Source: Candidatus Marinacidobacterales bacterium
GTDB taxonomy: Bacteria > Acidobacteriota > Vicinamibacteria > Marinacidobacterales > DATDRI01
Length of the DNA: 64,000 bases
Assembly (NCBI GenBank): GCA_965219415.1
Contig: CBDCNP010000002.1
Span: 2,464,001 to 2,528,000, forward strand
Reading direction: 5' to 3'
Below are positions 43,179-52,521 of the stretch, piece after piece. Made by a program: the position numbers and the translations under genes. Under the pieces are notes generated by a model. It did not search any database. It saw nothing but the letters and a program-made list of their open reading frames with translations, and was not told the DNA's origin. The first letter of the stretch is position 1. Each line of letters starts with the position of its first letter.

Positions 43179-45972
43179 CTAGTGGCCCCACTGGTAGTTG
43201 ATGCGGGCGTAGTAGTACCCGCCACTTAAACCCCAAGGCGTGAACTGGCTGTAGGGGAGGCCGAACTCGGCAGCGAAAAGGTCCATCCGGTCCGAGAAAA
43301 CGTCAAATATGTTTTGGCCACCGATCGCCAGCGTCACCTCGTTGGCGAGTGGGATGCTGGCCTCAAGGTCGACGATGTACCGGCCGTCCAGAACCGGCGC
43401 GGCCGGGCCGCGGACGAACCGTGCGTCGAAGTGGTCGACCCAGGAGCCGTAATAGTTCAGGCGGCCGAGCAGGCCCACCCGCCCGACGCGCTGGCTGAGG
43501 GCGACGTTCCAGCGGGTCTTGGGCACGCCTCGCGTCAGGCCAAGAATATCGCCGGGGCCGAGCAGGTCCGATTCCTTCGTCACCGCCGTGTCGGTGTAGT
43601 TCATGGTGACGCTGAAGACCGTGTCGCCGGCGAATGCGGTTGGAGTGTAGGTCGAGACGAGGTCGATCCCCTGAGTCCGGCTCGAGAAGTCGTTGATGAA
43701 GAACCGGAAGAAGGCCAGAGTGCCCGCCGAGGTGATACCTTCTGACAGAAGGAGCGCGCGTTCGTCCGTCGTGAGCGTGAAGGTCTGCGACAGGGCGAGG
43801 CGATTGGAGACATCGACGCGGAAGTAGTCGGCGGTCAACGTGAACGGCCCAGTATCAATGACCAGCCCGACCGTCGAGTTGAACGACGTCTCGGGCTGGA
43901 GCGGCTGGCCGCCCCGCAACTCCGCGGCCCTGAAGGTGGACGGCACGTTGGCGCTGTCAACCAGTTCCAGTGTCTCAGGGTCGATAGTCGTCTGTACGTT
44001 GAGCGTGTTCTGCTGGCCGGGCGTCGGCGCGCGGAACCCGGTGCTCACGCCGCCACGCACCGAGACGGCGTCGCCCAGTCCGTAGCGGGCTGACAGCTTG
44101 CCGTTCGTTGTGGCGCCGAAGATGTCGAAGTGCTCGAACCTGACAGCACCGCCGACCGTCCACCGGTCATCGGGGTCCCGCAGCTCGACGTCGCCGTAGA
44201 GTGCGACGTTGCTGCGGGTCCAGGTGCCGGCCGTATAGTCGGGAAATCCGGGAAAGCCGTTGGAGCCGGAGACGAAGCCCTGCGCGGCGTACGGGCCGAC
44301 GTCCCACGACGGCCGTCCGCCGGCCCCGATCGTGAAGCGCTCGTCACGCCACTCGGCGCCGCCGGCGACGTTGATCATGTCGCTGGCGGCATAGGAGAGG
44401 TCGAAGTTGAGATTGATCTCCTCCTGCCGGTACAGACCCGGGTCGAAGTCGCGCGGGGTGTCGGGGCCGAGCGACGCGTTGACGGTGTTGTTGAAGAAGA
44501 AGTCCGACTGGTGGGCGCCGTAACTGGCGCTCGCATCCCAGGTCAGGCCGTTGGCTGCGAGCCGGCGCAGCCCGGCGACCCCCGACATGTCGCTCACGTG
44601 GCCGCCGAACTGTGGGGTGAAGCCTCCAGGCGCGATCTCTTGAAAGGAGAAGCAGTTGGGGTCGGCGAACACCTGCTTGAGGGCTGCCTGATCCGGCACG
44701 TTGTCGGTGATCCTCACGGTGGGGCAGTTGGCGGAGCCCATGCCGTTCGCGGCGAGCATGTCGCCGATGAGCAGCGTCTCGCCTCCATCGAGGCTGTAGA
44801 TGTTCTGCCGCGAGTTGGGATTCCGGAAATAGAAGCCTTCGGTCACCTTTTTGTCGGCGTAGTTGGCATGGCCGTAGAACTGCAGGCCGTTGGTGTGCAG
44901 GTAGCCGAAGTTGCCGAAGAGCTTCAGATCGTCCTCGATCGTCGGGTTGCCCCAGATCTGCGCCGGGTCGGCCACGGCGGTGTTGCCGGCCGCGATGAGC
45001 GCCGCTGCGTCGGCGCGCTGCTCGCTGCGGTTCGTCGGATCGGCGTTGCCGTACTCGAGGCTGAGGTTGGCGAAGCCGCTCTGGCCGAGCGGTAGCCCAA
45101 CATTGCCGGCGACCGTGTACGCGTCGCCGTCGCCCGCGCGGTAGGTGCCGGCGTTGAACGCGATGCTGCCCCCCGCCCGGTCGTCCTTGAGCAGGAAGTT
45201 CATCACGCCGGCAATTGCGTCCGAGCCGTACTGTGCCGAAGCGCCGTCGCGAAGCACCTCGACCTGCCGCAGGGCGATCGACGGGATAGTCGAGATGTCT
45301 GGGCCTTGCGCGCCATCCGTCACGCCGGCGAACCAGGCGATGACCGACGAGCGGTGACGGCGCTTGCCGTTCACCAGGACTAGAGTATGGTCGTGGGCAA
45401 GGTTGCGCAGGCTGGCCGGCCGCACGAGCGTGGCCGCGTCACTGATCGGGATGCGTCGCAACGTTGAACGAGGGCACGAGGGTCCGCAACTGGTAGTCGA
45501 GCGAGGTGCCGCCCTGGCGGACGATATCCTGGAACGGGATGGCGTCGATCGGCACCGGGGACTCGGTCACCGACCGGGGCTGTGCGCGGCTGCCGACGAC
45601 AACCACGTGCTGCTGGATTCCCTCCACCGACATCACGACATCGAGGGCAACTGTGGCCCCGGCGCTGATCTTCACACCGTCGCGCACAAACGTGCTAAAG
45701 CCGGGCAGGGTCAACGCCACGTTGTACGTGCCGGACTGAAGCGCGGTGATGGTGAACATGCCGGTGGCATCAGTGATGGCGGTCTGGACCGCCCCGCCGG
45801 CCGCCGTGCTCCGCACCTCCACGGTCACGCCGGGCAGCACAGCACCCGTGGCGTCTTTGACCGTGCCGCTAATGGTCCCGTCCTCCTGGGCGCTGACGCT
45901 TGGAGCGAGCGCCAGCGCGGCGAGGACCGCCGAGGTGATCATGACGATTGACTGTCGGCGAGACTGAGGCAT
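43179..45972 (-). pseudogene. TonB-dependent receptor with N-terminal carboxypeptidase-like domain, one frameshift at ~45445
   Basis: Signal plus GTISGTVKD...VVVVGSR plug in ORF 45439-45972 continues as ISDAATLVRPA...RDGASAQYGSDAIAGV in ORF 43179-45461; extra C in a CCC run. Confidence 0.85.
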
Positions 45973-46104
45973 CTTCTTTCCCTTTCAGCGACTCGGGCGT
46001 GGAGGCAGGCTCCTTCACAGGATTTGCCTGTCGGTCAGCTGTAAGTCACTCAAAACACGCGATTCTACTACGAATACGTGTGATATTCACGTATTCTTTA
46101 ATCG

Positions 46105-46464
46105 ATGGTCTCGGGATGGAGCAGGTCCTTACCGCACCGCACTCCCCGTGGCAGAATCCATTTGTCGAAAGGATGCTCGGCTCCATTCGAGGTGAGTGTC
46201 TCGACTATGTGATCGTCCTCGACGAGCACTACCTGAGTCGAATCCTACGCAAATACGTCAACTACTATCATTCGTGCCGGACTCATTTGTCACTTGAGAA
46301 GGACGCGCCCGAGCCTCGCCGGGTACAACACGCAACGACTCTTGGAGCCGATCGGAAATGTCGCTCCCGTCGAGTACGAGATGAACTACTATCGGTCGCA
46401 GGAAGGCTCGCTGGAGATGGCGAGACTCAACTAAAACAGTCTCCGGAAAACCCGGAGCGGTTCA
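46105..46464 (+). pseudogene. rve transposase fragment fused to an IS3 3' end
   Basis: SPWQNPFVERMLGSIRGECLD...RTHLSL, then an IS3 tail (GNVAPVEYE) and TIR GTCTCCGGAAAACCCGGAGCGGTTCA. Confidence 0.75.
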
Positions 46465-47129
46465 GGGCTGGCCGCCAACACTTAATGGCGGAAGCACCGA
46501 CCGGAGACTAATCAAGTTCGGTGCGCGCGGATGAATAAATAAAAGGCACAGGGTGCTTGCTCCGTTTACTGTTGCCGGCTCGTCCGCGTCGTCATGCGAG
46601 AACGGCACTTATGCACAGTTTGGCGCAAGCTGAACTCCGGTGGCGTTAAAATCTGATGTATCCTATTGCACTACAAAGTCTTCCTCTTATGCCTGCAACA
46701 GTCAATGACGCAAGCACCGGCTCGGGAACGCGTTGCTCGAAGCGGAAGAATGCGTCGGCAGTCCCCACGGGAAGGTGCGATGTCGTAAGCGATGGGTGGC
46801 TTGCTCCGTCTCGTGTGATCTCTCTCGGCCAGACCTTGAATCTCTGCCAACAACTGAAGAAGCTGGATCTCCTCTTCGTCCCGGGCGCGGTCTTTCCGTA
46901 TCCTTCCAATCGACAGGCGTGGCGTCCGCGATCCTCTTCGCCAGTTCGGGGAGACGCTCGTTACGGTCGGGCACCCAGTTTCCTTTGTCTACGCACTTCG
47001 TTTCGATTTTGTTGGCCGGCTCGAATCAACGAAATCGCTGAATACCGCGATGGAAGCACCGCAAGATGGAGTTCACCTCCGACGGCTCTCGTGCTAGATT
47101 TCCTTCATCTTTAATTTGCGAGATGTCCC

Positions 47130-47939
47130 GTGGTGAGGAATTGCGATCGCCTGAGCGCCGAGGAGCTCTGGCGTTTCCATAACGACGGATTCATGGTGCC
47201 GGACTGCCGCCTGCCGCAGGACGTGGTGGCGGAGATGCGCGAAGCCTATGATGAGCTGCTGTCAGCCAATCCGGGTTTCTCCTCGGACTTCATGCTGGGG
47301 CCGCACCTGGAGACCACCGGCGCACAGGGTGTTCGGGGCTCACGACGGTGGCTCAGTTTCGTCACTCGACCCGAGCTACTCGACATGGTCGAGCAATTGA
47401 TAGGGGAGGACATTATCCTCTGGGGAACGACCATCTTCGGCAAGCCGGCGCACGGCGGCAAGGCGACTCCCTGGCATCAGGACGGCGCGTACTATCCCAT
47501 TCGACCACTCGAGACGCTGTCAATCTGGATTGCGCTCGACGACGCCGTACCGGACAACGGTTGCATGCGCTTCATCCCCGGCTCCCACAAGGACCGCAAA
47601 ATCTTTTCTCATCATTGGGAAGAGGATCAGGATCTCACGATCAACCGGGTCTGCGACTCGGAGCACTTCGACGAGGCGTCGGCGCGCGATCTAGTTCTCG
47701 CGGCCGGCCAGATCTCGTTTCACGACGTCTACATCATCCACGGCTCGCGCGCCAACCCCTCGGGCCGCCGGCGCGCGGCACTGGTGGGGCGGTTCATGCC
47801 CGGCCATTGCCACTACGACCACGAGCTGGGCCTCCGATTGGCAGAACCGCACAAGGCCCACGACTACGGCAAGCGGGCCTTGTTCCTCCTGCGCGGGCGC
47901 GACCGCTCGGGACGGAACGATTTCTCAGTCGGCCACTGA
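47130..47939 (+). CDS. Phytanoyl-CoA dioxygenase (PhyH) family Fe(II)/2OG oxygenase
   Basis: TPWHQDGAYY, WIALDD, NGCMRFIPGSH, HGS...RRA. Confidence 0.9.
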   Translation: MVRNCDRLSAEELWRFHNDGFMVPDCRLPQDVVAEMREAYDELLSANPGFSSDFMLGPHLETTGAQGVRGSRRWLSFVTRPELLDMVEQLIGEDIILWGTTIFGKPAHGGKATPWHQDGAYYPIRPLETLSIWIALDDAVPDNGCMRFIPGSHKDRKIFSHHWEEDQDLTINRVCDSEHFDEASARDLVLAAGQISFHDVYIIHGSRANPSGRRRAALVGRFMPGHCHYDHELGLRLAEPHKAHDYGKRALFLLRGRDRSGRNDFSVGH

Positions 47940-47959
47940 TTCTCGGGTGGGCGTAGGCC

Positions 47960-48165
47960 GACTGGCTGCGACCGCATCATCCCGACGCGGCGGCCAGTCT
48001 GAAAAGGCTATGCAGGCCGGTCTGACCACGCGACGGCTCACCTTTCGAAACATCTTCTTGGCGATGACGATTCCTTTGTGGTCGCGGATCGAGGTTTTCT
48101 TGCTCACTGGGGCGCGCAACCCGGTCTCTTCCGCACCTGAACCACTGCCCGCAGCCGCGTAGCAA
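47960..48165 (+). pseudogene. IS1-family transposase C-terminal remnant; its right TIR is split by IS1111
   Basis: AMQAGLTTRRLTFRNIF tail ends in TAG, then CAACA; the rest of the TIR (CTTGATGGCGGAAGCACC) is at 49607-49624. Confidence 0.7.
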
Positions 48166-48269
48166 CATATCTGGACTCCTCTAGTCAAGCCCCTTTCTTT
48201 CTAGTCACGCCCCTTTCTTAATAAATCTTCCATCGAAGCTGCGCATCCATCGCGTCGTGACGAGTGGGT

Positions 48270-48430
48270 CAGACTGCAAACGTATCTTCGGCCTCAGTGA
48301 GGAGCGTCTTGGGTGCTCCGGGCCATGATGGAAAATCCGCGCGCGAGGAGCCAATCACTTTGAACGACCTCTTAGGGCCAGTGTTGCTATTGGCTTGACC
48401 CCGCGCCGGTCCGACCGGTACGCCATCAGT
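48270..48430 (-). ncRNA. Predicted bridge/seek RNA of the IS1111 element
   Basis: Two internal loops, closed by AGCCAAU/AUUGGCU and GCGGA/UUUGC, whose single strands match the target and donor junctions; RNA ends are approximate. Confidence 0.8.
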
Positions 48431-48497
48431 TGGATGGGTATCGTCGCAGCCTCTTTTGGAAGGGAAAAAGGAAAACACGAAAGTGGAGCCTCTAAAT

Positions 48498-49529
48498 CTA
48501 AGCGGCCACCGGCGACTGGAATTCACTCTCGCGGGTGGAGACGGCCCAGACGATCCGGGCGAGTTTGTTGGCGACAGCAATCACGGCCTTGTTGTGTCCC
48601 CGCGAGCGGTGGACCTTCCGAGCCCAGGCGCGGAGCTTGTCGGGCGGGCTCTTGCTGACGTTCGCCGCGCGGAGCACGGCGCGCCCGCCCTGGGTGAGGA
48701 GCATACGGAGGTAGGAGTCGCCACGCTTGGTGATGCGTCCGAGGCGGCGAATGTCGCCACTGGAGTTTTCCTTGGGAACTAGGCCGAGGTAGCTCGAGAA
48801 GCGGCGCCCCGATGGGAAGCGGCGAAGATCGCCGACGAAGCCCACGATGGCGGTCGCGGCCAGAAGTCCGATGCCGGGAATGGCGAGAAGTCGTTGGACT
48901 TCAGGAAGCTGCTTGGTGAGCGCCTTGAGCTCGTGCTCGATGCTAGCGCACTTGTCCTTGAGTTCTCGAATCTCGGAGCAGGCATCACGGAGATGCGAAC
49001 GGAGCACGTCGGGCAAATCAGAATCAGCGTCTTCGACGAGTTCGAAGAGGGCGGGCACGACGAAGTGAGCGCCCTTTGGGATGATGAATCCGAGTTCGCG
49101 CAGGAGCCCGCGTACGGCATTGATGCGTGCGGTCCGTGTGGAGAGCCATCCTGAGCGCAGGCGATGGAGCGCAGCGAGGGTGTGCTGGTGCACGGACTTG
49201 ATGGGTACGGGAAGAAGCTCCTCGTTCCTGTAGGCCTCGAGCAACGCCTTCGTGTCGGCGCGGTCGTTCTTGCTCCCGCGTCGATACGGCCTCACGAGGT
49301 GAGGTGGGAGCAGGACGACGTCGTGTCCCAACCTTCGGAACGTCCTTGCCCAGAAGTGAGCCGAGCCGCAGGCTTCGAGAAGCACGGTGGCAGCGCTCTG
49401 TTTGGCAAAGAACGACACCAATTTGGGTCGACTCACACGGAGTTGCTTGGACACCTTCCCCGCTTCTCCCGAGATGGCAATCTCGAAGACGTTCTTTGCA
49501 AGATCCACAGCGATTGTCGTATCTTTCAT
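48498..49529 (-). CDS. IS110 family DEDD recombinase/transposase
   Basis: IAVDLAK, LLEAC, KNDRAD, IPGIG, YLGLVPKENSSG, GRITKRGD; RBS AGGAGG before MKDTT. Confidence 0.95.
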   Translation of the reverse strand: MKDTTIAVDLAKNVFEIAISGEAGKVSKQLRVSRPKLVSFFAKQSAATVLLEACGSAHFWARTFRRLGHDVVLLPPHLVRPYRRGSKNDRADTKALLEAYRNEELLPVPIKSVHQHTLAALHRLRSGWLSTRTARINAVRGLLRELGFIIPKGAHFVVPALFELVEDADSDLPDVLRSHLRDACSEIRELKDKCASIEHELKALTKQLPEVQRLLAIPGIGLLAATAIVGFVGDLRRFPSGRRFSSYLGLVPKENSSGDIRRLGRITKRGDSYLRMLLTQGGRAVLRAANVSKSPPDKLRAWARKVHRSRGHNKAVIAVANKLARIVWAVSTRESEFQSPVAA

Positions 49530-49624
49530 TCGGACTCCTCCTTTTCGATGCGTATTCGACTGACTTTGGCACATCGATGCCGTCTATGGAGGAGTCCATT
49601 CCATCACTTGATGGCGGAAGCACC

Positions 49625-50080
49625 GGCAGCGAAGCCAGCGATCCTTGTGTGGTTGAATCGACGACACACTTGGGCTGCCTTCTCGAGCCAGCGGGCGACG
49701 GTGTTCCAGGCAATCCCTTTGGTCCGGGAAATCGAGGAAATGCTGACACCCTCGACTCTGAGAGCGGTGACCCCATCGAAAGTAGCTCTTCGATGTTGGA
49801 GACGGTAGTAGGGCGTGCCTTTCGTCGAGGAGAACGTCTTTCCGCACTCGCCGCACCGGTATCGACGGAGTTTCCCGGACCTCGTTCTGTAGAATCCGTT
49901 GTGAATAATGCTTCTGGAACCGACTGTTCCATACGACGAACATGCGGGATTGAGACATCTGCGATTCTTCACTTCGGCTCGGCCCTGACGATGAGAGAAC
50001 TGTGTCTTCAGAATTCTGGTTCAAACTCTAGCACGCAGACCGGTTACGGGCTGGCCGCCAACACTTAATTGCGGAAGCCC
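49625..50080 (-). mobile_element. IS1-family left-end remnant (TIR, leader, InsA-like N-terminus from GTG 49972)
   Basis: CLNPAC...RRYRCGECGKTFS...EGVSISSISR; TIR at 50058-50080; TGCTAGAGT extended -10-like box. Confidence 0.8.
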
Positions 50081-50340
50081 ATTTTGGCTGTAATTTAATG
50101 CAGCGTAAAGTCTTAGCGTCATCTCACCAACACTTAATGACGGAAGCACCCACGTTCTCCTGGCCGACCGACCAGATAACGGCTGCCTGATCAACAGCGA
50201 ATGGCGCAAGCACCCGGGGTGGCCGTCAGGCCGTGGAAAACTTGACAGTATCCCCCTGGCCGCATCCGACTGGACGGAGCCGATCTTCCCGAGATGAAGC
50301 GCTGCAGCATTCGGTTACAATCCTTTTTTAGGAGGGCAAG

Positions 50341-50673
50341 ATGGCTGCAGGATTTCGCTTCGTCTGTAGTGGATGCGACCATAACATCGAGGCGTGGGAT
50401 GAAGGGAACCCCTACTATATTAACGAGAACGGCAAGAAGCAGTACGCTTACCATCCCGACGTTTTGCGGAACCGCTGCATCGGCAACGACTCTCCACACC
50501 TCTGCCTGTCGTGTGGACATGAGTTCATGGTGGATTCAGAGGTACCGATTGCGGCTTGTCCAAAGTGCAAGGCGGGTAAGATCGTGGACACGATGGAGTT
50601 GAGCGGCAAAGCATGTCCCTACTGTAAGAGAGGGGTGTTCGTCGTTGACCCGGGGTGGAGGCCCATATCGTGA
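50341..50673 (+). CDS. Small zinc-ribbon protein (four CxxC)
   Basis: RBS AGGAGG; CSGC, CLSC, CPKC, CPYC. Confidence 0.75.
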   Translation: MAAGFRFVCSGCDHNIEAWDEGNPYYINENGKKQYAYHPDVLRNRCIGNDSPHLCLSCGHEFMVDSEVPIAACPKCKAGKIVDTMELSGKACPYCKRGVFVVDPGWRPIS

Positions 50674-51143
50674 CTGCAGCGTCCTGTGTGCCCAGGCCAA
50701 CGAGAAGACCGCGTCGTGGGGGTGGCTGTTCACGCTGCACGAAGCAGGACCGTCGAGACCATCCGTAACGGTCGGGAAGTCGGGGTTAGGGGACGGGTCA
50801 AATCTCTGCAGCCTGACACTGTCGTGTCCGAAAATGGGACCGGAGCCGAAAACTCGAATCCTAGAGGCGTTCTCGAAATTCTCGGAGACCCGCCGACGCA
50901 GCACTGGCTCTGCGATAGGTTGATCCCGAGCAGAGCTCTCCTCCAGAGTATGCGTTCCGTCCAGCTTACCCGCCCGAACTCCTATAATAGCGGCGCGGTG
51001 GTAAATAAAGGAGCAAGCCGCCCAATCGCTTACGACTGCAAGTATGATAGTGGTATCGTTCGGCCGGCGATCAACGCAGCGCCGACTGGCCGGGAGATCA
51101 ATGACCGAATAGAAGCTCGCTCGTCAAATGGACCCGTCACAGT

Positions 51144-51268
51144 GGTGCTTCCGCAGTCAAATGTTGGCGCCTGCCGTGTAACCCGTTCGCGTGCTAGAGT
51201 TTGAGCCTAATTTCTAGAGGCGCAGTTCTTTCGTCGATGTCGGCTGGGCCGAATTTTGGCACAGGACG
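51144..51268 (+). repeat. 125-bp chimeric MITE, copy 1
   Basis: IS1-type TIR and leader fused at GGGCCGA to TTTTGGCACAGGACG; direct repeat of 63511-63635. Confidence 0.85.
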
Positions 51269-51611
51269 GGGTCACCGAGACAAAAACCGCGCCGGCCGCC
51301 TCGAGCCGTTCGACGAGCTTCGCAAAGTCGGAGAGGGAACGGGTCAGCCGGTCGACCTTGTAGACCACAATCTGCTCGACGAGACCGGCATCGATGTCAG
51401 CGAGCAAGCGCTGCAGGCCCGGGCGCTCCAGGGTTCCTCCCGAGATCCCTGCATCCTCGTAGACAGTTGGCAGCAGCACCCAGCCCTCCGCTTTCTGGCT
51501 CGAGACATATGCAGCGCAGGCCTCCCGCTGTGCATCGAGGGAGTTGAACTCCTGTTCGAGACCCTCTTCAGCGCTCTTTCGGGTATAGATGGCGCAACGG
51601 ATTTTCGTCAT
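51269..51611 (-). pseudogene. Large serine recombinase, N-terminal catalytic domain only
   Basis: CAIYTRKS...NSLDAQRE...YKVDRLTRS...FVSVT, cut by the MITE. Confidence 0.88.
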
Positions 51612-51962
51612 TTAGGCCTTGCGCGGCGGTGTCAGACCGAAAAAGCGTGGTCCTGACCAGTGGGTGCCTGTGATCCGCTTTGTGATGGTGGTAAGGGACG
51701 GATAGGTTTTGCCGTCGAAACGATAGCCGTTGTCGAGTACCTCGACCTGATAGGTCCGGCCATTCCACTCGCGGACGAGATGGGTACCGGCAGAAACGGA
51801 CCCTGTACGAGTGGCAGGGCCTGGTGTAATGCGGCGCATGAGAGCGCGTGAGAGCGAGCTTGGCGGAGCAACCCCGAAGGTCTGCTCCCAGGCCCGCCGC
51901 AGGCTGGCGAGGTCCAAACCGTCCAGAACGACCCTCCGGCCAACTCTTGTATCCTGCGGCAT
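51612..51962 (-). CDS. DUF2924 domain protein (internally shortened)
   Basis: GTHLVREWNG...YPSLTTITKRITGTHWSGPRFFGL, directly upstream of the recombinase as is usual for this pair. Confidence 0.8.
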   Translation of the reverse strand: MPQDTRVGRRVVLDGLDLASLRRAWEQTFGVAPPSSLSRALMRRITPGPATRTGSVSAGTHLVREWNGRTYQVEVLDNGYRFDGKTYPSLTTITKRITGTHWSGPRFFGLTPPRKA

Positions 51963-52293
51963 CACCGGACGTTCGCTCTTTTGCGCCGTAAAGTCCAGTC
52001 CAATGGGCGCTTCCGCGGGTGCGCAGTTCGCGGCCTGCAGCTCGTCCTGCAGCCGATTTGAGCCAGCCAACCGTGCGTACCCCAGTGGGCCTGTCGCCCG
52101 CCACCCGCAGCCCAGGGGTCGGAAGCCAGCCCTGCGGCGCGAAATACCCTGGATTCTGCGCGGATTCCAAGGGCGTCTAAGCTGCTGATTTGTGGTCTAT
52201 TTCAAAAGGGCCGAGTTTTGGCACAGGACGCGAACGCCCAGCGGGTCAGCAGTTTGCACCTTCCCAAAGGCCGCCCTTGATATCGAAGAGCAG

Positions 52294-52347
52294 ATCGAAG
52301 AGATCGAGGAGATCGAAGAGATCGAGGAGATCGAGGAGAACGAGGAG
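52294..52347 (+). repeat. 9-bp tandem repeat ATCGARGAG x6
   Basis: atcgaagag atcgaggag atcgaagag atcgaggag atcgaggag aacgaggag. Confidence 0.9.
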
Positions 52348-52521
52348 CTCGTTGAATCATGGACACCTAGGTTTCGGCGACACTGAAGGGAGATGGCCAT
52401 ACGCGGCGGCCGCCAACATATTTGATTGCGGAAGCACCCGTGGTGGAGCTCACCGCTCCCGCTACAGCGCTAGGTAAGCCGATTCCAGCATGGCACCAGA
52501 ATAGCAGAAAGTCTCGGCTCT

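Larger units (their letters stand above)
48166..49606 (-). mobile_element. IS110 family, IS1111-type element
   Basis: Sub-terminal IR TGGACTCCTC (48172-48181 / 49589-49598), CA core at both ends, long non-coding region downstream of the recombinase. Confidence 0.92.

Noticed and set aside
46646-46974. Small ORFs as a functional gene
   Set aside because: They look like a decayed kinase N-terminus (LAKRIADATPVDW) broken across frames next to a TIR; too weak to call.
49024-50068. Long overlapping ORFs (302, 254 and 214 aa) across IS1111/IS1
   Set aside because: These are shadow frames in GC-rich DNA with no recognisable motifs, and they cross element boundaries.
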